A stretch of DNA of 64,000 nucleotides. It comes from Escherichia coli. Lineage in GTDB: Bacteria; Pseudomonadota; Gammaproteobacteria; Enterobacterales; Enterobacteriaceae. The notes below the pieces were generated by a model. It was not told the DNA's origin. It searched no databases and saw only the letters and a list, made by a program, of their open reading frames with translations. Positions within the stretch are counted from its first letter, which is position 1. Each line of letters begins with the position of its first letter. Shown here piece after piece: positions 36,984 to 51,814 of the stretch. A program made the translations under genes and the position numbers. The DNA is taken from assembly GCF_003334765.1 (NCBI RefSeq), contig NZ_QOWT01000007.1, one strand, 5' to 3'.

Positions 36984-38128
36984 AAATCACCAAAATTACC
37001 ACGTATCGTTTACCTCCCCGCTGGATGTTCCTGAAAATTGAAACCGATGAAGGCGTGGTCGGTTGGGGCGAGCCCGTGATCGAAGGCCGCGCCCGTACGG
37101 TGGAAGCGGCAGTTCACGAGCTGGGTGACTATTTGATTGGTCAGGATCCATCGCGCATCAATGACTTATGGCAAGTGATGTATCGCGCCGGATTCTATCG
37201 CGGCGGTCCGATCCTGATGAGCGCCATCGCCGGGATTGACCAGGCGTTATGGGATATCAAAGGTAAAGTGCTGAATGCGCCGGTCTGGCAACTGATGGGC
37301 GGCCTGGTTCGCGACAAAATTAAAGCCTACAGTTGGGTTGGCGGCGATCGTCCGGCGGATGTTATCGACGGCATTAAAACGCTACGCGAAATCGGCTTCG
37401 ATACCTTCAAACTGAACGGTTGTGAAGAACTGGGGCTAATTGATAACTCCCGCGCGGTAGATGCGGCGGTTAACACCGTGGCACAAATTCGTGAAGCTTT
37501 TGGCAATCAGATTGAGTTTGGTCTTGATTTCCACGGTCGCGTCAGCGCGCCGATGGCGAAAGTGCTGATTAAAGAACTGGAGCCGTATCGCCCGCTGTTT
37601 ATTGAGGAGCCGGTGCTGGCGGAACAAGCCGAATACTACCCGAAACTGGCGGCACAAACGCATATTCCACTGGCGGCGGGTGAACGCATGTTCTCACGCT
37701 TCGATTTTAAACGCGTGCTGGAGGCAGGTGGTATTTCGATTCTGCAACCGGATCTCTCCCACGCGGGCGGTATTACCGAATGCTACAAAATCGCCGGAAT
37801 GGCAGAAGCCTATGACGTGACCCTTGCGCCGCACTGTCCGCTCGGACCGATTGCACTGGCGGCTTGCCTGCATATCGACTTTGTTTCCTATAACGCCGTA
37901 CTTCAGGAACAAAGTATGGGAATTCATTACAACAAAGGCGCGGAGTTACTCGACTTTGTGAAAAACAAAGAAGACTTCAGCATGGTCGGCGGCTTCTTTA
38001 AACCGTTAACGAAACCGGGCTTAGGCGTGGAAATCGACGAAGCTAAAGTGATTGAGTTCAGTAAAAATGCCCCGGACTGGCGTAATCCGCTCTGGCGTCA
38101 TGAAGATAACAGCGTAGCAGAGTGGTAA
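36980..38128 (+). CDS. dgoD: D-galactonate dehydratase DgoD (enolase superfamily)
   Basis: 382-aa ORF overlapping dgoA stop. Confidence 0.93.
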
Positions 38129-38247
38129 TTCCTGCCACGTAAGCCCCTCATCGGGCACTAAAACAGCAATACAAAAATATAACCCTCTGTAAATTACAGG
38201 GCATGGTGAGCGGCTTCGCTATGCCCAAAATCTGGAGAAAGCTCGCT

Positions 38248-39540
38248 ATGGATATTCCCGTTAATGCAGCAAAGCCGGGGCGTCGGCGTTATCTGACGCT
38301 GGTGATGATCTTTATTACGGTAGTCATTTGTTATGTCGACCGCGCCAACCTGGCCGTGGCTTCCGCCCATATTCAGGAAGAGTTCGGCATTACCAAAGCG
38401 GAAATGGGCTATGTATTTTCGGCCTTCGCCTGGCTTTATACGCTATGTCAGATCCCCGGCGGTTGGTTTTTAGATCGCGTAGGTTCTCGCGTGACTTATT
38501 TTATTGCGATATTTGGCTGGTCAGTGGCGACTTTATTCCAGGGCTTTGCCACGGGCTTAATGTCATTAATTGGTCTGCGCGCGATAACCGGTATTTTCGA
38601 AGCGCCTGCTTTCCCGACCAATAACCGGATGGTGACCAGCTGGTTCCCGGAACATGAACGCGCTTCTGCCGTTGGTTTTTATACGTCTGGTCAGTTTGTC
38701 GGTCTGGCGTTTCTGACGCCGCTGCTGATCTGGATTCAGGAGATGTTGAGCTGGCACTGGGTGTTCATTGTCACTGGTGGTATCGGCATTATCTGGTCGC
38801 TGATTTGGTTTAAGGTTTATCAGCCGCCGCGCCTGACCAAAGGTATCAGCAAAGCTGAACTGGATTACATTCGTGATGGCGGCGGTCTGGTGGATGGTGA
38901 TGCGCCGGTGAAGAAAGAGGCGCGTCAGCCGTTAACAGCCAAAGACTGGAAACTGGTGTTCCATCGTAAACTGATCGGCGTTTATCTTGGGCAATTTGCG
39001 GTGGCTTCTACACTGTGGTTTTTCTTAACCTGGTTCCCGAACTATTTAACCCAGGAAAAAGGAATCACGGCGCTGAAAGCAGGCTTTATGACCACGGTGC
39101 CATTCCTCGCGGCGTTTGTCGGCGTCCTGCTCTCTGGCTGGGTAGCGGATCTGCTGGTACGTAAGGGCTTTTCACTGGGCTTTGCGCGTAAAACGCCGAT
39201 TATCTGCGGCTTGCTGATCTCCACCTGCATTATGGGCGCTAACTACACTAACGATCCGATGATGATTATGTGCCTGATGGCGCTGGCATTCTTCGGTAAC
39301 GGTTTTGCTTCGATTACCTGGTCGCTGGTTTCTTCTCTGGCACCGATGCGCCTGATTGGTTTAACCGGCGGCGTGTTTAACTTCGCCGGTGGTCTGGGCG
39401 GCATCACCGTTCCGCTGGTGGTGGGGTACCTGGCGCAGGGTTACGGTTTCGCACCTGCACTGGTTTATATCTCCGCCGTCGCGTTGATTGGCGCGCTCTC
39501 TTATATCCTGCTGGTGGGCGATGTGAAGCGCGTTGGCTAA
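38248..39540 (+). CDS. dgoT: D-galactonate:H+ symporter DgoT (MFS)
   Basis: 430-aa product [18 protein letters not shown]... (track start 38203 is an extension). Confidence 0.88.
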
Positions 39541-40601
39541 TCCTTCAACTGTGGAATATGTGCCACACCACTGCGCATAATCCACTTTCTTAAAGCCGGT
39601 GCGGTCAGGCATCGGCTTTTTACTATCTTGCCGAAGAGTTTTAAACGCAGTTTGCGGGTGGCGCGCCAGTAAGCGGTATTGAGCTTCTCTGGCTGCTTCA
39701 GTAACACCGAACGCAGAATGTCTGTGCTATCCAGCGCATAGCTAATCCCCTCCAGCGAGCTGGCGCTGATAAATCCCGCCGCTTCACCAATCAGAAAGGC
39801 GTTGTCCTTACCGCAGACAAAATCCTGCCAGCGCGAGGGAAACAGCACCGTGCATTTTTCGCTTTTCACCGTCTTACCAAACTGGAACTGAAAGGCGCTC
39901 ATTTTCTCTTTCAGCGTCGTGAAACGCGTCTGACCGTCTTTCATTGGATAGGCACCGCCAAAGATAAAATAACCGTCTTTGCTGATACTCCATGAATAAC
40001 AGTTAGTTATCGAATTATCAAAGATGCAGGAGTAGAACGGCACCGGATGTTTCTCCGCGAACCACTGCTGGATAGCGACATATTTACGGATTTGATGATC
40101 CGGGTAGAGATGTCGCCGCACCATCGAGTTTGCGCCATCGGCACCGACCAGATAGCGGGCGGTAATATGTTGCTCCCAGCCGTCTGCACGAAAAATGACA
40201 TGCCATTTATCATCCTCACGCCAGATTTTTCGGCACAGGCTGTCGTGATAAACCTCAACGCTGGCGGGGATCAGCGATTTCATCCACAAGTCGAAAGCAT
40301 GGCGATTAATATTGATATAGCTTCGCTGGTAGTTACGCGTGAGCGATGCGGCGACGTCGACGGTTTTGACGCTGAAAATCTGCGGATTAGCGATCACATC
40401 GACAGGAAGCGTCAGCCCATCGCGAATAAAAGATCGCTGCGCGTCCGGTGCCAGCAGACCGCCGCAGGGTTTGCTGAAACCTTCAGTACCACACTGGTGC
40501 TTTTTATCCAGCGCGATCACCTGCATTTTGCCTGCTAACTTTCGTGCCAACGCCGATCCTGCCGGGCCGAGGCCAATAATCGCCACGTCGAAATGTTCCA
40601 T
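39537..40601 (-). CDS. cbrA: FAD-dependent oxidoreductase CbrA
   Basis: 354-aa product [19 protein letters not shown]... with dinucleotide-binding GxGxxG. Confidence 0.85.
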
Positions 40602-40665
40602 CTTTTCACTCACATTCATCACGATGGCAAAAGACTATTGTCTGAAAGTGAAGTCCTTGTGAAGT

Positions 40666-41916
40666 ATGATGGCGGGACCCGTTTTGTATCAGGACCGCGC
40701 CATGAAACAGATAACCTTTGCTCCCCGTAATCACCTGCTCACCAATACCAATACCTGGACGCCCGACAGCCAGTGGCTGGTATTTGACGTGCGTCCTTCT
40801 GGCGCGTCGTTTACCGGCGAGACCATTGAGCGTGTGAATATCCATACCGGCGAGGTCGAGGTTATCTATCGCGCGTCACAGGGCGCACACGTCGGCGTGG
40901 TGACCGTTCATCCGAAGTCAGAGAAATATGTTTTCATCCACGGCCCGGAAAATCCTGATGAAACATGGCATTACGACTTCCATCATCGGCGCGGAGTGAT
41001 TGTTGAAGGCGGCAAGATGAGTAACCTTGATGCGATGGATATTACCGCGCCGTATACGCCAGGAGTGCTGCGCGGCGGCAGCCATGTGCATGTCTTTAGC
41101 CCGAACGGTGAAAGGGTGAGCTTTACCTATAACGATCATGTAATGCATGAACTCGATCCGGCGCTGGATTTGCGAAACGTCGGTGTTGCTGCGCCGTTTG
41201 GCCCGGTCAACGTACAAAAGCAGCATCCGCGTGAATACAGCGGTAGCCACTGGTGCGTGCTGGTGAGCAAAACCACGCCCACGCCACAGCCTGGCAGTGA
41301 TGAAATCAATCGTGCTTATGAAGAAGGATGGGTAGGAAATCACGCGCTGGCATTTATTGGCGACACACTTTCGCCAAAGGGCGAGAAAGTGCCGGAGCTG
41401 TTTATCGTTGAGTTACCGCAAGATGAAGCTGGCTGGAAAGCGGCAGGTGATGCGCCGTTAAGCGGAACGGAAACAACCCTGCCCGCGCCACCGCGTGGCG
41501 TCGTGCAGCGACGTTTAACCTTTACCCACCATCGGGCTTATCCGGGGTTAGTCAACGTCCCGCGCCACTGGGTGCGCTGTAATCCGCAGGGTACACAAAT
41601 CGCGTTTTTAATGCGAGATGATAACGGCATTGTGCAACTGTGGCTTATCTCGCCACAGGGCGGCGAGCCGCGCCAGTTAACCCATAACAAAACGGATATT
41701 CAGTCTGCATTTAACTGGCATCCGTCAGGAGAATGGTTGGGCTTTGTGCTGGATAATCGAATTGCTTGTGCCCATGCGCAAAGCGGCGAGGTTGAGTATT
41801 TAACCGAACACCACGCCAATTCACCTTCTGCGGACGCCGTGGTCTTCTCGCCGGATGGTCAGTGGCTGGCGTGGATGGAAGGCGGCCAGCTGTGGATCAC
41901 CGAAACTGATCGCTAA
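40666..41916 (+). CDS. yidR: uncharacterized protein YidR
   Basis: About 415-aa ORF; start ambiguous between tandem ATG codons. Confidence 0.78.
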   Translation: MMAGPVLYQDRAMKQITFAPRNHLLTNTNTWTPDSQWLVFDVRPSGASFTGETIERVNIHTGEVEVIYRASQGAHVGVVTVHPKSEKYVFIHGPENPDETWHYDFHHRRGVIVEGGKMSNLDAMDITAPYTPGVLRGGSHVHVFSPNGERVSFTYNDHVMHELDPALDLRNVGVAAPFGPVNVQKQHPREYSGSHWCVLVSKTTPTPQPGSDEINRAYEEGWVGNHALAFIGDTLSPKGEKVPELFIVELPQDEAGWKAAGDAPLSGTETTLPAPPRGVVQRRLTFTHHRAYPGLVNVPRHWVRCNPQGTQIAFLMRDDNGIVQLWLISPQGGEPRQLTHNKTDIQSAFNWHPSGEWLGFVLDNRIACAHAQSGEVEYLTEHHANSPSADAVVFSPDGQWLAWMEGGQLWITETDR

Positions 41917-41917
41917 A

Positions 41918-42250
41918 TCAGTTATCAGGCATTCTGGCCGGTGGAATAACCGCATTGGTGGCTTGCGCGTTGGCTTCGCTTTTTTCAACGCGCGAGCGCA
42001 CCGAGCTGTCTTTGCGGAACACATCCCACGGCAGTAAAAGCGTGTCCATCACAGCGGTAAACGGCATATCGAGAATCGCCAGCGACTTAGTGCCCCAGTT
42101 GGTTTCATCGTCGCCAATCATGGTTGCGCTGGCGCGGGTGCCGGGATACGTTCCTTCTTTCCCTCCGGTATGGGACATCACGCTGGAGCATCCTCCGAGT
42201 AATGTCATTCCGCTGCATATCATGAACGCTAACAACACATTTCTTATCAT
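41918..42250 (-). CDS. yidQ: putative lipoprotein YidQ
   Basis: 110-aa product MIRNVLLAFMICSGMTLLGGCSS... with lipobox LGGC; track ORF extended upstream. Confidence 0.7.
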   Translation of the reverse strand: MIRNVLLAFMICSGMTLLGGCSSVMSHTGGKEGTYPGTRASATMIGDDETNWGTKSLAILDMPFTAVMDTLLLPWDVFRKDSSVRSRVEKSEANAQATNAVIPPARMPDN

Positions 42251-42424
42251 AATAAATTCATCTGTTGATCGTGGGTGTTGGCCTGATGAGTTATAGCGAT
42301 CCCTTGCTGAAAATAACATCATCATTACGTCGCACTGTGGCGGCTATCGCACTTTAACGTTTCGTGCTGCCCCCTCAGTCTATGCAATAGACCATAAACT
42401 GCAAAAAAAAGTCCGCTGATAAGG

Positions 42425-42455
42425 CTTGAAAAGTTCATTTCCAGACCCATTTTTA
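42425..42455 (+). promoter_or_regulatory. sigma32 heat-shock promoter of ibpA
   Basis: cttgaaa (42425-42431), 14-nt spacer, cccatttt (42446-42453), matching sigma32 -35/-10 consensus. Confidence 0.6.
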
Positions 42456-42555
42456 CATCGTAGCCGATGAGGACGCGCCTGATGGGTGTTCTGGCTACCT
42501 GACCTGTCCATTGTGGAAGGTCTTACATTCTCGCTGATTTCAGGAGCTATTGATT

Positions 42556-42969
42556 ATGCGTAACTTTGATTTATCCCCGCTTTACCGTTCTGCTATTGGA
42601 TTTGACCGTTTGTTTAACCACTTAGAAAACAACCAGAGCCAGAGTAATGGCGGCTACCCTCCGTATAACGTTGAACTGGTAGACGAAAACCATTACCGCA
42701 TTGCTATCGCTGTGGCTGGTTTTGCTGAGAGCGAACTGGAAATTACCGCCCAGGATAATCTGCTGGTGGTGAAAGGTGCTCACGCCGACGAACAAAAAGA
42801 GCGCACCTATCTGTACCAGGGCATCGCTGAACGCAACTTTGAACGCAAATTCCAGTTAGCTGAGAACATTCATGTTCGTGGTGCTAACCTGGTAAATGGT
42901 TTGCTGTATATCGATCTCGAACGCGTGATTCCGGAAGCGAAAAAACCGCGCCGTATCGAAATCAACTAA
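42556..42969 (+). CDS. ibpA: small heat-shock protein IbpA
   Basis: 137-aa product [19 protein letters not shown]..., alpha-crystallin domain. Confidence 0.94.
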
Positions 42970-43080
42970 TTCCCTAAGGCCGCCTGGCGCGGCCTGACAT
43001 CTCCATGCTCGCCGTCAGGGAGCATATGCGAATCTTCGGATTTGCAGGTACTTACTCGCTTCTTAGAAGGAGAAATGACT

Positions 43081-43509
43081 ATGCGTAACTTCGATTTATC
43101 CCCACTGATGCGTCAATGGATCGGTTTTGACAAACTGGCCAACGCACTGCAAAACGCCGGTGAAAGCCAGAGCTTCCCGCCGTACAACATTGAGAAAAGC
43201 GACGATAACCACTACCGCATTACCCTTGCGCTGGCAGGTTTCCGTCAGGAAGATTTAGAGATTCAACTGGAAGGTACGCGCCTGAGCGTAAAAGGCACGC
43301 CGGAGCAGCCAAAAGAAGAGAAAAAATGGCTGCATCAAGGGCTTATGAATCAGCCATTTAGCCTGAGCTTTACGCTGGCTGAAAATATGGAAGTCTCTGG
43401 CGCAACCTTCGTAAACGGTTTACTGCATATTGATTTAATTCGTAATGAGCCTGAACCCATCGCAGCGCAGCGTATCGCTATCAGCGAACGTCCCGCGTTA
43501 AATAGCTAA
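43081..43509 (+). CDS. ibpB: small heat-shock protein IbpB
   Basis: 142-aa product [19 protein letters not shown]..., paralog of ibpA. Confidence 0.94.
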
Positions 43510-43524
43510 CTAGCTATTCTCTTT

Positions 43525-43553
43525 GCCCCGCCATTCTGGTGGGGCTTTTTTTG
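43525..43553 (+). terminator. Rho-independent terminator downstream of ibpB
   Basis: gccccgcca / tggtggggc hairpin followed by TTTTTTT. Confidence 0.7.
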
Positions 43554-43704
43554 TCTTACTTACTCAACAATGCGTTAAATTTCGACTGTTTAAGATATTT
43601 CGGCACGTTCTTTCCCGTGATAATGTGCGCTATAAGGCAAATCTGCTTCACCGATTCAGCCATAATCCGTAGCAATTAAAATGTTATCTCAAGAGAAATG
43701 GACG

Positions 43705-45366
43705 ATGAGTGATATAGCATTAACGGTCAGTATTCTGGCTTTGGTGGCAGTCGTCGGTTTGTTTATCGGCAACGTCAAATTTCGCGGCATAGGATTAGGT
43801 ATTGGCGGCGTGCTGTTTGGTGGGATCATCGTCGGCCATTTTGTTTCTCAGGCGGGGATGACATTAAGTAGCGATATGCTGCATGTTATTCAGGAATTTG
43901 GCCTGATCCTGTTCGTTTATACTATCGGGATTCAGGTAGGGCCGGGCTTCTTTGCCTCATTGCGCGTCTCCGGATTACGCCTCAACCTGTTTGCTGTTCT
44001 GATCGTCATCATCGGTGGTCTGGTTACCGCCATCCTGCATAAACTGTTTGATATTCCACTGCCGGTAGTGCTGGGGATTTTCTCCGGTGCGGTTACCAAT
44101 ACGCCAGCGCTGGGGGCAGGGCAGCAGATTTTGCGCGACCTGGGTACACCAATGGAAATGGTCGATCAGATGGGGATGAGTTACGCGATGGCGTATCCAT
44201 TCGGCATTTGCGGGATTTTGTTCACCATGTGGATGTTGCGGGTTATTTTCCGCGTCAATGTCGAGACAGAAGCTCAGCAGCACGAGTCTTCACGCACCAA
44301 TGGCGGCGCGCTGATCAAGACTATCAATATTCGCGTTGAGAACCCTAACCTGCATGATTTAGCCATTAAAGATGTACCGATTCTCAACGGCGACAAAATT
44401 ATCTGCTCGCGTCTGAAACGCGAAGAAACCCTAAAAGTTCCTTCGCCAGATACCATTATCCAACTGGGCGATTTGCTGCATCTGGTGGGTCAGCCAGCGG
44501 ATTTACATAATGCGCAACTGGTGATTGGTCAGGAGGTCGATACTTCGCTGTCCACGAAAGGCACTGATTTGCGCGTCGAGCGTGTGGTGGTCACCAATGA
44601 AAACGTGCTCGGAAAACGTATTCGCGACCTGCACTTTAAAGAACGCTATGACGTTGTTATCTCGCGCCTGAACCGTGCCGGGGTCGAACTGGTCGCCAGT
44701 GGCGATATCAGCCTGCAGTTCGGCGATATCCTCAATCTGGTGGGGCGTCCGTCCGCAATTGATGCCGTTGCCAATGTGCTGGGGAATGCGCAGCAAAAAC
44801 TGCAACAGGTTCAGATGCTGCCAGTGTTTATTGGCATCGGGCTAGGCGTATTGTTAGGTTCTATTCCCGTCTTTGTGCCAGGATTCCCGGCCGCGTTGAA
44901 ACTGGGGCTGGCGGGCGGACCGCTGATTATGGCGTTGATCCTCGGGCGTATCGGCAGTATCGGCAAGCTGTACTGGTTTATGCCGCCAAGCGCCAACCTC
45001 GCGCTGCGGGAGCTGGGGATCGTGCTGTTCCTCTCGGTCGTTGGTCTGAAATCTGGTGGGGATTTTGTGAATACCCTGGTCAATGGCGAAGGGCTAAGCT
45101 GGATTGGTTATGGTGCCCTGATCACCGCCGTTCCGCTGATTACTGTTGGCATTCTGGCGCGGATGTTAGCCAAAATGAATTACCTGACCATGTGCGGGAT
45201 GCTGGCAGGTTCCATGACCGATCCTCCGGCGCTGGCGTTTGCTAATAATCTTCATCCAACCAGCGGTGCGGCGGCGCTCTCTTACGCCACTGTCTATCCG
45301 TTGGTAATGTTCCTGCGCATTATCACCCCCCAATTACTGGCGGTGCTCTTCTGGAGTATCGGTTAA
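43705..45366 (+). CDS. yidE: putative transport protein YidE (duplicated membrane domains with central TrkA-C-like region)
   Basis: 553-aa product [19 protein letters not shown]... Confidence 0.87.
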
Positions 45367-46079
45367 CTCTTTTCCGGGTGGAGTCGCCGTAAATGGTACT
45401 CCACCTGGTATTCGCTGGCATTTCTGAACATCACTGAATAATTCAAAAACTCCCCGCTCTCGCTATATGACAACGAGGTGATCCGCAGCAGTGGCGTGTG
45501 TTCCGCTACCTTCATTTGCCGCGCCAGCAGTCTATCGGCGAGCACTGGCGTCAGGCTTTCATAATTACCGCCAATCAAAATCCCGCACTCTTGTTCAATA
45601 TATTCAAACTTCGACCCTTCCAGATGTTGCAGCGAAAGATTACGGAACAGTTTTACCGGCATATAGCTGTCTTCCAGCATCAGCGGTTTCCCTTCCACAA
45701 AACGAACGCGACGGGAGAAGTAGATCTGCTCGTTGATTTGAATCCGTAACTGGCTGGCAATGGCCGGAGGCGCAGGCATGATTTCAAAAATCAGCACCTG
45801 GCTGGTGACCGTTTTTCCCTGCCGTTTTAACACCTCCACCAGCCCGGTCAGACTGGCGGTTTGATGCAGTACATCTTTGCGCACCAGGTAAGTGCCACTA
45901 CCGTGGCGGCGGACCACCAGCCCCCACGCTACCAGCAGGTCAATGGCTTTACGGATGGTCATCCGCGATACCGCAAACTCTTCCGCCAGCTTTTTTTCAC
46001 CGGGAAGAAGGCTGTTTAGCGTGAAATCTGCGGAGTTAAGTCGAATTCTTAACCGCTCCGCAATGCTTTTGTAGATCAT
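45363..46079 (-). CDS. yidP: GntR/HutC-family transcriptional regulator YidP
   Basis: 238-aa product [14 protein letters not shown]... with HTH; track ORF extended to 46238. Confidence 0.8.
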
Positions 46080-46374
46080 CTCTAGATCTCTTTTTTGCCT
46101 GCAAGCCCGGGTAATGCGCACACAAGTTCTGCTTAATCGATTGAAAAAACATCTTTTTTTTAAAGATGTGTTCGATGCTGTGTACCTGTGCTCACAGAGG
46201 TCTACTTTTTCGCGAAAACGTAGATCTCTACCGCCCAACGAAAAGCATGAAAGCGATCACGAATCCCATTGGGTCGTCATGTTCTGCCGATCGCATCTTC
46301 CTATCCTCGCTCCAGGCCTGCCGCATAACCAATCAGGCTTCCTACTTACAGAATTGAGAAAAGAGGATGTGGAA

Positions 46375-49695
<3,321 letters not shown>

Positions 49696-49861
49696 TTTAA
49701 TATCCCTCCGGCGAATTATGCTCACAACCTGAACTTAACAGAAAACAATCCGTTCAGGGATACGACGTTTGTATTTTAAGAATCTGACTGCCTGACCCGA
49801 CGCATTTTACCTCTCCCTATATTCATGCGTCCGGGACATAAACATAAATAAGGGCTATGAG

Positions 49862-51814
49862 ATGAATTCGTTACAAATCTTGAGTTTTGTCGGTTTTACG
49901 CTGCTGGTGGCGGTGATCACCTGGTGGAAGGTCCGCAAAACAGATACCGGATCGCAACAAGGCTATTTTCTTGCCGGACGTTCACTAAAAGCGCCGGTTA
50001 TTGCCGCTTCGTTAATGCTAACCAACCTTTCCACGGAACAACTGGTCGGCCTTTCCGGGCAGGCCTACAAAAGCGGCATGTCGGTGATGGGCTGGGAAGT
50101 GACTTCAGCGGTGACGCTGATCTTCCTCGCGCTAATCTTTTTACCGCGCTATCTGAAGCGCGGCATTGCCACCATCCCCGATTTTCTGGAGGAACGTTAT
50201 GATAAAACGACGCGTATTATCATCGACTTCTGCTTCCTAATTGCCACCGGCGTCTGCTTTCTGCCGATTGTTCTCTACTCCGGCGCGTTGGCGCTCAACA
50301 GCCTGTTTCACGTCGGGGAATCGCTACAGATTTCTCACGGTGCGGCTATCTGGCTACTGGTAATTTTGCTTGGTCTGGCGGGAATTTTGTATGCGGTGAT
50401 CGGCGGACTGCGCGCAATGGCAGTGGCGGACTCCATCAACGGTATTGGGCTGGTTATCGGCGGGTTGATGGTGCCGGTATTTGGCCTGATCGCGATGGGC
50501 AAGGGCAGCTTTATGCAGGGCATTGAGCAACTCACCACCGTTCACGCCGAGAAATTAAACTCAATCGGTGGCCCGACCGATCCCTTGCCGATTGGCGCGG
50601 CATTTACCGGTTTGATTCTGGTGAACACCTTTTACTGGTGTACAAATCAGGGCATCGTGCAACGCACGCTGGCGTCAAAAAGCCTGGCGGAAGGGCAAAA
50701 GGGGGCGCTGTTAACGGCGGTGCTGAAAATGCTCGACCCGCTGGTACTGGTGCTGCCAGGGTTGATTGCGTTTCATCTGTATCAGGATTTACCGAAAGCC
50801 GACATGGCCTACCCGACGCTGGTCAATAACGTTCTGCCAGTGCCAATGGTGGGTTTCTTCGGCGCGGTGTTATTTGGTGCGGTGATCAGTACCTTCAACG
50901 GCTTTCTGAATAGCGCCAGTACGTTATTCAGTATGGGTATTTACCGTCGCATCATTAACCAGAATGCCGAGCCGCAGCAGCTGGTCACCGTCGGGCGCAA
51001 ATTTGGTTTCTTTATCGCTATCGTTTCGGTGCTGGTCGCGCCGTGGATCGCCAACGCGCCGCAGGGGCTGTATAGCTGGATGAAACAGCTCAACGGCATT
51101 TACAACGTGCCGCTGGTTACCATCATCATTATGGGCTTTTTCTTCCCGCGCATCCCGGCGCTGGCGGCAAAAGTAGCGATGGGGATTGGCATAATCAGCT
51201 ACATCACCATCAACTATCTGGTGAAGTTCGACTTCCATTTCCTCTATGTGCTGGCCTGTACGTTCTGCATCAACGTGGTCGTGATGCTGGTGATCGGTTT
51301 TATCAAACCGCGCGCCACGCCGTTCACCTTCAAAGATGCGTTTGCGGTGGACATGAAACCGTGGAAAAACGTCAAGATCGCGTCAATTGGCATCCTGTTC
51401 GCGATGATTGGCGTCTATGCCGGGCTGGCTGAATTCGGCGGCTACGGTACGCGCTGGTTAGCGATGATCAGTTATTTCATTGCCGCCGTAGTGATTGTCT
51501 ACCTGATTTTTGACAGCTGGCGGCGGAAGGTATTCGCTTTAATTCCGCCTACACCTGTTCACCGGTTTGTACGCCTGCACGGGCCGGACTATTTACCGGT
51601 ATCTACGCTAACCAGTCCGGCCCGTGGACCAACAACGTCGCGCCAGGCAAAAACATCTCCACTATGGGGCGCTACTTTAAGGATGCCGGCTATCACACCT
51701 GTTACATCGGCAAATGGCATCTCGACGGTCATGACTATTTCGGCACTGGCGAGTGTCCGCCGGAGTGGGACGCTGATTACTGGTTCGATGGGGCGAACTA
51801 TCTTAGCGAACTGA
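49862..51814 (+). CDS. yidK: sodium:solute symporter (SSS family) YidK; 3' end aberrant, reads out of frame into yidJ
   Basis: First ~552 codons are a typical SSS transporter; the last ~100 codons are low-complexity out-of-frame translation of the sulfatase gene. Confidence 0.6.
   Translation: MNSLQILSFVGFTLLVAVITWWKVRKTDTGSQQGYFLAGRSLKAPVIAASLMLTNLSTEQLVGLSGQAYKSGMSVMGWEVTSAVTLIFLALIFLPRYLKRGIATIPDFLEERYDKTTRIIIDFCFLIATGVCFLPIVLYSGALALNSLFHVGESLQISHGAAIWLLVILLGLAGILYAVIGGLRAMAVADSINGIGLVIGGLMVPVFGLIAMGKGSFMQGIEQLTTVHAEKLNSIGGPTDPLPIGAAFTGLILVNTFYWCTNQGIVQRTLASKSLAEGQKGALLTAVLKMLDPLVLVLPGLIAFHLYQDLPKADMAYPTLVNNVLPVPMVGFFGAVLFGAVISTFNGFLNSASTLFSMGIYRRIINQNAEPQQLVTVGRKFGFFIAIVSVLVAPWIANAPQGLYSWMKQLNGIYNVPLVTIIIMGFFFPRIPALAAKVAMGIGIISYITINYLVKFDFHFLYVLACTFCINVVVMLVIGFIKPRATPFTFKDAFAVDMKPWKNVKIASIGILFAMIGVYAGLAEFGGYGTRWLAMISYFIAAVVIVYLIFDSWRRKVFALIPPTPVHRFVRLHGPDYLPVSTLTSPARGPTTSRQAKTSPLWGATLRMPAITPVTSANGISTVMTISALASVRRSGTLITGSMGRTILAN

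Noticed and set aside
46114-46374. N-terminal 87-codon extension of the glvC ORF
   Set aside because: Extension overlaps the divergent yidP start and promoter and is non-hydrophobic; ATG at 46375 has a good RBS and begins the conserved EIIC sequence
49862-51814. 650-aa ORF taken at face value as one large transporter
   Set aside because: The last ~100 codons are out-of-frame translation of the sulfatase gene; the sulfatase motif is in a different frame, so the long ORF is an artefact of a lost stop or deletion
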